From Macrostomum hystrix (taxonomy: Eukaryota; Animalia; Platyhelminthes), in assembly GCA_950097015.1 (NCBI GenBank), contig CATNEN010000038.1:32302001-32366000 (forward strand): a stretch of DNA of 64,000 nucleotides, written 5' to 3'. The notes under the pieces were generated by a model that was not told where the DNA came from, ran no database searches, and saw nothing but the letters and a program-made list of their open reading frames with translations. Numbering within the stretch: the stretch's first letter is position 1; every line of letters begins with the position of its first letter. Below are positions 49,572 through 60,018 of the stretch, piece after piece. The position numbers and the translations under genes are program-made.

Positions 49572-51440
49572 CAAGTACTGGGGTAGTTACGGGGGTAAGT
49601 ACTAGGGTAGTTATGGGGGTAAGTACTAGGGTAGTTACGGGGGTAAGTACTAGGGTAGTTATGGGGGTAAGTACTAGGGTAGTTACGGGGGTAAGTACTA
49701 GGGTAGTTACGGGGGTAAGTACTAGGGTAGTTATGGGGGTAAGTACTAGGGTAGTTATGGGGGTAAGTACTAGGGTAGTTATGGGGGTAAGTACTAGGGT
49801 AGTTATGGGGGTAAGTACTGGGGTAGTTATGGGGATAAGTACTAGGGTAGTTATGGGGGTAAGTACTAGGGTAGTTATGGGGATAAGTACTAGGGTAGTT
49901 ATGGGGATAAGTACTGGGGTAGTTATGGGGGTAAGTACTAGGGTAGTTATGGGGGTAAGTAATAGGGTAGTTATGGGGGTAAGTACTAGGGTAGTTACGG
50001 GGGTAAGTACTAGGGTAGTTATGGGGGTAAGTACTAGGGTAGTTATGGGGGTAAGTACTAGGGTAGTTATGGGGATAAGTACTAGGGTAGTTATGGGGAT
50101 AAGTACTAGGGTAGTTATGGGGATAAGTACTAGGGTAGTTACGGGGGTAAGTAATAGGGTAGTTATGGGGATAAGTACTAGGGTAGTTACGGGGGTAAGT
50201 AATAGGGTAGTTATGGGGGTAAGTGCTAGGGTAGTTACGGGGGGTAAGTACTAGGGTAGTTATGGGGGTAAGTACTAGGGTAGTTACGGGGGTAAGTACT
50301 AGGGTAGTTATGGGGGTAAGTACTAGGGTAGTTATGGGGGTAAGTACTAGGGTAGTTATGGGGATAAGTACTAGGGTAGTTATGGGGATAAGTACTAGGG
50401 TAGTTATGGGGATAAGTACTAGGGTAGTTACGGGGGTAAGTAATAGGGTAGTTATGGGGGTAAGTGCTAGGGTAGTTACGGGGGGTAAGTACTAGGGTAG
50501 TTATGGGGGTAAGTACTAGGGTAGTTATGGGGGTAAGTACTAGGGTAGTTACGGGGGTAAGTACTAGGGTAGTTATGGGGGTAAGTACTAGGGTAGTTAT
50601 GGGGGTAAGTACTAGGGTAGTTATGGGGGTAAGTACTAGGGTAGTTATGGGGATAAGTACTAGGGTAGTTACGGGGGTAAGTAATAGGGTAGTTATGGGG
50701 GTAAGTGCTAGGGTAGTTATGGGGTTAAGTACTAGGGTAGTTATGGGGATAAGTACTAGGGTAGTTACGGGGGGTAAGTACTAGGGTAGTTACGGGGGTA
50801 AGTAAGTACTAGGGTAGTTATGGGGATAAGTACTGGGGTAGTTATGGGGATAAGTACTAGGGTAGTTATGGGGGTAAGTACTAGGGTAGTTATGGGGATA
50901 AGTACTAGGGTAGTTATGGGGATAAGTACTGGGGTAGTTACGGGGGTAAGTACTAGGGTAGTTATGGGGGTAAGTACTAGGGTAGTTATGGGGATAAGTA
51001 CTAGGGTAGTTATGGGGATAAGTACTAGGGTAGTTACGAGGGGTCGGTGGCAAAGCGGTTAAAGCGTTTGCCTCTCGCACCACGGTCCCTAAGTTCGATT
51101 CCACGGCGAGGCCACATTTATTTGGGGCGCAGCCGCGGAGAGAAGGCTTGGGGCTTGTCGTGTAATTTACCTCCAAGGCACAGTGAGAGTGTTCACTGCC
51201 TGACGATGAGAAAGTCAGGGCAGATGTACACACCTGTGTGAGCGTGTGCCTGCGTAAAGTATCTGTGTGCGTGTGTGCTCAGGAGTCAGCGAAATGGGCA
51301 GAATTGCCTCCTCGCTGGCTGCGGGTCTATAGTGTCACCAAATGATGTGCCATTGCCCGCAGCCCGTCCTGCAATTATTATATTATTAGGGTAGTTACGG
51401 GGGTAAGTACTAGAGTAGTTACCAGGGTAAGTACTGGGTG
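49572..51440. repeat. 21-bp G-rich minisatellite
   Basis: Unit AAGTACTAGGGTAGTTA(T/C)GGGG(G/A)T-like; interrupted by a SINE near its 3' end. Confidence 0.96.
51040..51388 (+). mobile_element. Full-length tRNA-derived SINE family A
   Basis: GGGGTCGGTGGCAAAGCGG (A box), GTTCGATTCC (B box), body shared with the other copies, (ATT)n-like tail. Flanked by TAGGGTAGTTACG on both sides. Confidence 0.88.
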
Positions 51441-52397
51441 TAGTTGCTAAGGTAACTTATTTGGTAGGTTCTGAGTTTAGTACTGAGGTGGCTATCAAAG
51501 GTACTGTGGTAGCTGCTTTGTTTTTTTATTACTGTATGTAGTTGCTATTGAGGGTATTGGGGAATAGTTGCTGAGATAAGTAGTCCTCAAAAAAATTAGC
51601 TGACTTCTAGAAGTCGGAATGTTATTAAATACGCCAGTCTGTTTTTGACACTTTGAATGGTCGATACGGTGTTTCTTAGAAACACTGTATCTTCGCCGCG
51701 ATTCTCTGAAAATCTTCAACACTCAGCCGGCGCGTTGTTCAACAGCCGCACGCTCACACTTCCCTGCTCCGCCGGCGCCGGCCGCGCATCGTCTACCTTG
51801 ACCGCCACCGCCGCCTCCGTAGCCACAGTCGCCAGCCAGGTATGGACAGGGTGAAATGAGCCTTTGTGCCCACTGCTGTCTGCTTTGTAGATCTCAACAT
51901 CGTCGATGTCTTGTCGCCAGTCACAAACCGCGAACACTTGCTTATGTACGAGCTAGAAGCTTTATCTGTTTCATCATTCGGTCAAATTTTGTCAAGACTT
52001 ACTAGCTCGTAGTTCTGTCACGACCGACTCGTAGTTTCTAAGGCTCCTAATACCTCAATTGCTTTATTTAAATATATAGATTATAAAGAAAACATAAAGT
52101 TACTAGTAATAAGCTGAGATCAATCTTTGATATTTCAAATTGACAGTATACTCAGCATAACGTAGTGATTTACTGTATAAATAGTAAAACAATAACTAAA
52201 TCTGGAATATATATAAATCTTTGTTTTAGAAATCCTAATTTACAAGAGAAAGACAGTTGCCACAAAATAACTTATACTTTTTAAAAATCTAGATTCATGT
52301 TTTTATAAGCAGTATACTGACTTGAGTATGGTGGCGACTATTTAAAAATTAGTAAAACTGTGTCGCATCAAAACCATGCGAAGTGCACATCAAATTA

Positions 52398-54059
52398 TCA
52401 ATCAATATTCCATATCATCAGTCGCATATTAATGTAATCTGCCACAATTAGCTGTTCTATAGCACTGCCCGTTGTCGCAGCCAGACCCCATGGACGATTG
52501 AAGCTGGCGTCAGTGTTGCCGCTTTGACCCGGCGTGCCCAGAGTTCGCAGCAGCGACCCGTCGTCAGCGGACAAGACTTGCACCGAATGACTATTGACGT
52601 CGCTAACGAATAGTCTGGTTCTACGATCAATGGCCAGACCTTTGGGCCAAGCAAACTGGCTCAGACCAAACTGCTCTGTTGGCTGATGGACAATCAACTG
52701 CCGAGAATCAATGCTCACTCTGTGCACCTGCTTGTGCTCCAGATCTGTCACAAGGATACAGTGTTGATGAATCGCCACACTGCCTAGATCAGCATCGGGA
52801 ATCTGATCAATTGTGATGACCATCTCTAGCTGGTCTGTAGCCTTGCTAAACACAGCAATCCTGTTTCCACTGGTTATCAACAAGGAAAGTGAGTTACCGC
52901 CGATTCCTCTGATGTCGTTAAAGCCATCAAATTGGGGCCGAATTTCTCTTAATTGTCGACCGCTCAAATCTGTTATTTTGACCGCTTCTTCTTGAGCAAT
53001 GTACAGCAGCTGGCGGTGGCAGTGAAGACCGCATACGCCTCTGTTAATATCAAGATCGCTGCGACACTGCAGCCTGTGTGTGCCGTCAACAGAAAGCACT
53101 AGAAGGTAGGCAGCGCCGGTAACTCTTGCATAGATGCAGGGCTCGGGCAGGTCTAGGCTGTTGCTATCAGACGAGTCAGCGGGCACTACGCAGCGCGAAT
53201 GGTCGGCAAGAAATCCCCTGGTATCGGAGCATACAGTCAGCCAATCCACGCGACAATCCAACTGCACTTGGTGACTGAATGTGATCGGATCTAGAACTGA
53301 GTCACTAGCCGTATTCGAAGCGTCGCTGACATTCGGCATTGTACCGATTGCAGCATCCGTCAACAATGGACTAACAGTCAAGCCGATGCTTTCCACTTGC
53401 GGCCCGGCAGTCACGAATGCGTCGCGGGCATCGGGCATGGCGGACACCGCGGCGTCCGTTGTGCTCACGCCAGCCGCCGCACTATCAACCAGTTGTTCCA
53501 GTTGGCTCAGTCGCAGCAGCTGCCACTGGGCGCCATCGTTTTCTAATCGCAGGCTTTGCGCCACCTCTAGGTCTGCCCGCAGATCGGGAATGGACAACTG
53601 CATGGACATGGCCAGCCTGACTATCTCGCCGATATCGCCAGCAGACTCTGCGGCTTTCATCTCATCTGAGTAGCAGTTGGCGTCGTCAATACCGGCCTGA
53701 CACAAACGGGCCGCTCTCAGATACTGATCAATCTGCATCTTCACCCGGGCATAGAAGCCATCTAGATGTTGCTGCATTGACAAGCACCTGGCTTCAATAG
53801 TTTTGAGACCATCAGAGACCTGCAGCTCTTTAGATATGGTATGAGTACCCGGAGCAGCCTTGCCAACACCGTTCTCAAGCAATTCGCGAAGCTCCTCGGC
53901 AACCTCATTCTTCAGACTATGAACTGCCGCTATATCATAGCCCAGGTGCTCCTGGCACAGGTGAGTGCGTGAGAATGGACCAACCCCGACTGCAGCTACA
54001 GAGCAGATGACGCACAATGGCTCATCCGACTGGTCAGATCTGGATGATTTCTCGCTCAT
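52398..54059 (-). CDS. Coiled-coil plus NHL/six-bladed beta-propeller protein (TRIM-NHL-like, no RING)
   Basis: Intronless 553 aa. N-terminal C-x2-C...C-x2-H, helical region, C-terminal NHL repeats FAWPKGLAID...LFVSDVNSHSVQVL and FNRPWGLA...LIVADYINMRLMIW. Confidence 0.8.
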   Translation of the reverse strand: MSEKSSRSDQSDEPLCVICSVAAVGVGPFSRTHLCQEHLGYDIAAVHSLKNEVAEELRELLENGVGKAAPGTHTISKELQVSDGLKTIEARCLSMQQHLDGFYARVKMQIDQYLRAARLCQAGIDDANCYSDEMKAAESAGDIGEIVRLAMSMQLSIPDLRADLEVAQSLRLENDGAQWQLLRLSQLEQLVDSAAAGVSTTDAAVSAMPDARDAFVTAGPQVESIGLTVSPLLTDAAIGTMPNVSDASNTASDSVLDPITFSHQVQLDCRVDWLTVCSDTRGFLADHSRCVVPADSSDSNSLDLPEPCIYARVTGAAYLLVLSVDGTHRLQCRSDLDINRGVCGLHCHRQLLYIAQEEAVKITDLSGRQLREIRPQFDGFNDIRGIGGNSLSLLITSGNRIAVFSKATDQLEMVITIDQIPDADLGSVAIHQHCILVTDLEHKQVHRVSIDSRQLIVHQPTEQFGLSQFAWPKGLAIDRRTRLFVSDVNSHSVQVLSADDGSLLRTLGTPGQSGNTDASFNRPWGLAATTGSAIEQLIVADYINMRLMIWNID

Positions 54060-54644
54060 ATTGTGTTGGATTATTTTCTTTCTGCAAGCGCAAACAAATT
54101 TCTACCTTTTTATTGAGTTATTTAAGTGTTACGTAACATTCTCTACTAGGCTAAAATGATTCTTCAGTTGACTGAGAGGAATGTCTGTCCGTGGCTACTC
54201 ACTATAGTCCACGGACTGAACAGAGCCTTTGGAAGCCATCTATTTAAATTTATTTTCTAAACTGATTAAAATGAAAGGAAAGATTTATTACTGCATATAG
54301 GGTTTCGTATATACGCTCTTAATTTATATGGACACGCAAATAAACATACAACAATATCATTTATTGCCACCTGAATGCCTTATTCAGACCAGGTTTATAT
54401 TTTAGATAGTTGAAGTTAAGCTTTAATAACACATGTAAACAAATGCTTTGGAAATAGTAAGAGTACACAGGGGGGTAAGTTTGCAACAGTAGCATGCTAT
54501 ATTTTACACAACACGGACCCATAAAAACTGTAGCAGTGATTAGGGGCATATTTTATTACAATCAAATTTTTGTTTTCCGAACAGCCCCAATATTCGACAG
54601 AGAAATACTAAGAATCTCTTTGAAACAAGCAAAATTGTAGATTT

Positions 54645-54778
54645 CTAACTGGAAGGTCAGGGGTTCGAATTTTAGCCACAAGGAACTCCTTGAGTAAGAT
54701 AATTTATTAACTCCCTGGTGCTTAAGTTCACCTCGCTGTAGAATGGCTGCCAGTCCACGGACTAAACACCTGTTTACA
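54645..54778 (+). mobile_element. Degenerate SINE family B fragment
   Basis: GGGGTTCGAAT (B-box-like)...AGTTCACCTCGCTG...CAGTCCACGGACTAAAC resembles 24740-24990. Confidence 0.5.
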
Positions 54779-54830
54779 CCTGAAACTAATCATATTACTG
54801 TCAGTAGAGCACTATTAGTTTAGATGAATT

Positions 54831-57240
54831 TCAAACCAACGGCAGGACGAACAGCATGGAGAAGCAGCCCAAGCTGATTCGAGAGCCGTGCCGCAGGACA
54901 GCGCCACCTTCCCAGCCAGCCGGCGGAGCTGACGGTTCCACGCGGCAGCGACAACGAAGCATGCGACGCTGACGACGCTGCCTACTAGAAGCATCGTCAT
55001 CCATGGAGTCGTCAGCGCTGGCGTCGGGTTTACTACCATCCTCGTCAGATGCGTCCGCTAAAAAGCTGTCCACAGTCTGCACTAAATTAGATAGGGTCGG
55101 CTGGCGACTAGACCGACTGGCGTCGGCCTCAAGGCCATAGACAGCTCCGTCCACCACGGTGCCGTGTCGACTGTAGTTCAAAAGTTCAAAGGTGAACGCA
55201 GCGGAATTGTCCTCCGCCGAGTTACCAGCAGGTCCAGCTAATATAACAGCGTGCTCCTCCGGATCAATAAGGGAACAATCGGCTCCCCATAGCCTAGCTA
55301 GCGGCACAGTGTTGCTAAGCAACAGGCCGATGCTAGCAACGCGGCTAGTTAGACGAAATACAGCCGAGCCGCTGGTGCCAGTGGTGGAATCGGACAGTTT
55401 GTTAGCCGACGACTCGTACCGAACAAGATAAGCCAGGCAAGGCGGCTGCGACGGAGTTGAAGGAATGGAAGCAGCGCTCTGTTTGCCACTCAGCTGCTCC
55501 AGAGCCGCAGCGGCGCAGCGTTCCAGCTCGCTGCGACCATCCCTGATGCCGCCGCCTGGAACAACCGACGACTTCGATTTCTGCTTAGTTAGAGCTGCTG
55601 GCCAACGCGGCGGACTGGGCGGAGGCACCGGTTCGCGATAGGCGGCCCTGATGGCGGCTGGAATGGAGGCCGGCGGGACGGCGGCGGCTGCTGTTGAGCC
55701 GCGGATCAGCACACGGCGCCATAGGCGCCGCTTGGAGATGAAATTGCGCAATACCTGAGACAGTGTGTATGGGAGTTGCATGGGATGGTTTAAGACGGTT
55801 ATGGATTAAGGCGAGTAAGAGAATGGAAGGAAGGCAGACAGACACCAAGAACAGATCAAAGACACACAGATATAAAAAATGACAAGCAGACAGACTAACA
55901 AGACAAACAGACAGAACAACAGGAGAGACAGAAAGACAGACCAACAGGACAGACAGGCCAGTAGGACAGTGAGACCATCAGGACAGACAGGCCAGCAGGA
56001 CAGTCAGACCAACAGGACAGACCAACAGGACAGAGACACAGACAGACAGACCAACAGGACAGATAGGCCAGCAGGACAGAGAGACAGACAGAAAGACAGA
56101 GACAGACCAACAAGACTGACAGTCAGTCAGACAGAATTGTTGATTAAATACGCGACTGAGTCTACTGAGCCGGACCCAAAACAAGGACCATAGAGTAACT
56201 CGTTAAAAACTCACCTCCTGCTGTGACACAGGCGTTCTAGCGAATCGATTCCACAGTCTGGCTCGTTCGGACAGTCGGGCACTGCGAAGCATGCACTTGT
56301 CAATGAGGTGCTCAGGATGCGCCGGGCACATCCACAATTCGCTCCGAGCCGGAGCCACAGTCAGTGGCGGATCTAAACAGTCCAGGTGATAGCACAGGGA
56401 GCAATAGTCGCATGGCAACAGTGGCGCCTTGCGGCAATTGTCGCCGCAAGCGAAGCACCGTCTAACAGGTTGTGGCACAAAAGCGCCCAGCTCCAGATCG
56501 ATGGTTCGCGCGGCGCCGCCGGCGTTGCAGCTGCGTTCGGCGGCGCCGGGAATGGGCTGGCCGGAGACAGCGGCCCGGCACGAGCTTGGCGGACCGAATT
56601 CGCGAGGATTCAATGCTTGAACAACCGTGGCTAGAGACAATAGGCAGCTGCCGGGGCTAATGACGCCTGTGTCACTAGTACCCGGCTCGGCATTGGTGTC
56701 GGAGTCGCCAGCTGTTAACAGCCGAAGTGAGCACTCGTGGCAGAACCTGCGGGACATGGGTAGCTTATATAAATGTCAAAGACTTCTGGATAATTGATGA
56801 AGAAAATATAATGGGTGGGGTCTCTTCAGCTCAAAAATTGTTTAAAGAAAATCCTGCTCAATGATCTGTTAGCTCGAATCCAGTTTGATTTACCAATCAT
56901 GAGTAGGCGCAGCTTCCTTCTCCAGTGGCGGATTGAGGCACTCCGGGTGAAAGCTAGCCGGGCAACGGTCGCAACACAGCAGGTCGCCATCCGCGCCACA
57001 ACTGTCGCACTCCAGATGATTGACAGCTCGGGGAGCTTTCCAATCGCCAGAATAATAGCGATGATGCTGTGCCAGCAGCTGTTGCTGATGATGATGCTGC
57101 TGCTGGTGATTCTGATGATAGGTAGTGTTAACATGCTCCACAATGGGGCTAAGTTCATCTTTACCAGCACCTGGAGCAGCCACCAGGCGCTGAATCTCAT
57201 GCATCAGGCTGCCCGAGGGGCTTGGATGAGGTACAAACTC
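54831..57240 (-). CDS. PHF12: PHD finger protein 12 (Sin3/HDAC complex subunit), ~600 aa, 3 exons
   Basis: Exons 57240-56894, 56746-56215, 55754-54831. N-terminal SGSLMHEIQRLVAAP; PHD1 NHLECDSCGADGDLLCCDRCPASFHPECLNPPL...WFCHEC; PHD2 CFACGDNCRKAPLLPCDYCSLCYHLDCLDPPL...WMCPAH; FHA-like FELLNYSRHGTVVDG...GWEGGAVLRHGSRISLGC. Confidence 0.9.
55830..56135. repeat. Degenerate (GACA)n-rich tract in PHF12 intron 2
   Basis: gacagacagaccaacaggac-type low-complexity repeats. Confidence 0.8.
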
Positions 57241-57828
57241 CTGAAATTAATCATAATTAAATAAGCCATTTGGTTAAAAAATGAATAATACTTACAGAAC
57301 ATACAGTTGGAGAAGTCCAAATGAAGATTTAGCAAAGATAAGCAAAGAATGAGTGTAATAAATGCTACCTAGGAATTCATCCAGGCTTCATCCATGAAAA
57401 TAAGTTGAGAAAAATGTTATCATCTAATGTTAAATAAAACTATGCTTAGACTTCATTAGCTCAATTCAAGAATAGAAATAGTCACATACAAGCACAAGGC
57501 AAAGCAAAGTAAGTTACAAAAATCAACTGACCAAATGAGAAAAAATGAAAGGGGAACCAAGAGACAAAGAGGAAAAGAAGAGAACACAGAGAAGAGAGAG
57601 AAAAACAGAAAGAGAAGAAAGAAAAGAAGGAGAGAAAAGAAGAGAAGAAAGCAGAGAAGAGAAGCTTGTGAAAAATTGGATATAACAAATGTGCTTTCAG
57701 TTTCAGATGCACTTCAGAAATCAAAGTTGTAGATGTTACAAAAAACTGGCAGATTATGATGTTAGCAACATTTTACCTCGTGGTAAAAACCCCTAACTTT
57801 ACCACATTGTAATGACACTGCAGTGAAG

Positions 57829-58092
57829 TTAGCGGTTTTTACTGCACTGTTTATAGCATGTTAAAAAACTGCACTGTTTAACAAACCTTATTTCAGGCTT
57901 GGATTATAGGGAATTTACCACACTGTTTAAAGAACCTCATTTTAGGCTTGGACTAGGCCTCTATGCAGTGGACCATGCGGAATTTACCACACTGTTTAAA
58001 AACTATATAGTCTAAGCCTGAAATAAGGCTTCTTAAACAGTGCCACTTTTTAACATGTTATAGGCCTAAACAGTGTTGTAAAATGTCGCTAA
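57829..58092. mobile_element. MITE-like foldback element upstream of PHF12
   Basis: ~80-bp imperfect inverted repeats at 57829-57909 and 58004-58092, with internal repeats of aatttaccacactgtttaaa. Confidence 0.55.
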
Positions 58093-59862
58093 TGTCAGAT
58101 TATGTAAAATAAGTTGTGGATGAGGTAATGGAAAACAAAGTTGCAGAGGAGATAAAACTAAGCACAGGGGACGGAAAACTAATTCATAGTCACAGATAAG
58201 GGAAAACTTAGTTGCAATTAACAGAAAACTAAGTTGCAGATGAGGGAAAACTTAAGTCCTAGATTTTGGAGTGCTCCTTGAAGGAGGGCAAAACTAACTA
58301 CTCTTTTCTGCAACTTTTTTGTTTGTATGGGTTTGATTAGGCCTAGGCCTACAACTTAAATTTGACAAACTTTCTTTGGTTTAACTTTCACATCCCCATT
58401 TCCAGTTTTTCTTCTATTCTAGTCAGTTTTTTCTTTCTTTTCTACTCATAGATATAGGTGTAGCCACACACTGCCCAATTATTTGAGCACTTGCACTAAA
58501 ATAAAAATTTATTTGTGTCAGCAAATAAAGTTATTTTTGAGAAATAAATTAGGTCTAAACCTGTAAAACTAGAGGATTGCTGCAAGTTCTTCTTCAAAAA
58601 AATTATTTAAATATAATGAAACTACCACTTGGATCCTGAAATTAGCTGATTTAGAAATGCTTTTGCATGCAAAATAAAATTAGAACTCTGTATTACTTAG
58701 CTAGGCCTTGTACCCAAGAACATGATATTTTTGCAAGCATATGTTCCTGTTATATAAACTAATGTATTGTCATTAGGCCCTAATAAGAAAATAGTTCCTG
58801 AACAGACATCGGATCATGAGTGGGCGCAGCTTCCTTCTCCAGGGGCAGATTGAGCACTCCTGGTGAAATAAAAATTTTAATTTTAAAGTGAAAGAGCAAT
58901 TAAACTCTCTGTGAACATTAGGCCCTACACAACAGAGGATTTATATTGTATGCCTAATATTAAAGATATTTCGACCCTTGAGGTTTGTTTCAAGAGCACC
59001 AACTGACAAAGTTCCTCTGAATACATAGTTAAGGGCGGTCCTAGTTTGAGATATAATAATATGTTTTCCGGCTTTTTACAAGAAGTCTTTCTTTTGTCAA
59101 TTAAAACTTTATATTCAAAATTAAATTTACTTAGAATAAAACTAAATTAATAAAAGCTACTGCACTTCTTTTTCAGATTAACAAGAAAGTATTATCTACG
59201 TTTTAAGCTTATTTTCAGTGACAAGATTTAAAGGTTTAAATATTTGTGAGTATGTTATTCGAGCTGATATTGCTGCAGCACGACAAAGCTTTAGGTGTTC
59301 ATTAATTACTATAGTAAATACATTTTTAGTTAATTAGATAAGAAGCTATATCTGTGTTCCTAGTGTGGTTGCTTCAAATGTCAAAGAATTATATTGTCAC
59401 TGCTCAACGAGCAACTGCAGTTAGCTGCTCACTGACTGGTAGGTTAAGTGACCATCATTTCCAAGTTAGCTGTACACTTATGTGATTTTTTTATTTATTT
59501 GCCTTTTTTGTTTATTTTTTATGATAGTTTTTAATCTCGCTGAATTTTCTTCTCGTTTTCACTGGTCTGTTTGCCTTATCAAATCCTAGATTTTTTAACT
59601 TAAGAACTAATGGCATAGTTATAATTGCTACTTAATAATTTTGTTGCAAATATTCCATAGACAATCAAGCACCATAGGCTACTTTTATTTACATTTATTC
59701 TAATGTTAAACAAAAATCCTAAAATATTGTCAAATTAAACCATTTAAGTTATTCTGGTTTTGCCTGTATATTTTGCAACTGTCCTATTAAGTTATTATTG
59801 TGTGCCTAGTCACAGTTTGTGAGAGCTAGCTACAGTATAGCTTTTTGGTATTTGCTTTGAAA

Positions 59863-59995
59863 AATAATCATAATTGTAGGAGGGCTGCAGGCAGTGGTAG
59901 GCCCCCTACATCATTTAGTGACACTAGACTAGCAGCCAGCAAGGAGGCAATTCTGCCTATTTTGCTGAGACCTGAGCATACATGCACACATACTA
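59863..59995 (-). mobile_element. 3' fragment of SINE family A
   Basis: aattgtaggagggctgcaggcagtgg...gcaaggaggcaattctgcctatttt...cctgagcatacatgcac. Confidence 0.75.
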
Positions 59996-60018
59996 TGGTC
60001 AGGAAGGTGCTCTGTGTG

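Noticed and set aside
49553-51062. Telomeric repeat or GVSTRVVM protein
   Set aside because: The unit is 21 bp containing TAGGG but not tandem TTAGGG; the ORFs are repeat artefacts.
51040-51112. tRNA gene
   Set aside because: A and B boxes are present but continue into a ~280-bp body and tail shared by several copies with TSDs, so this is a SINE head. The same applies at 30895-30966, and the head at 24920-24990 likewise runs into a repeated SINE body.
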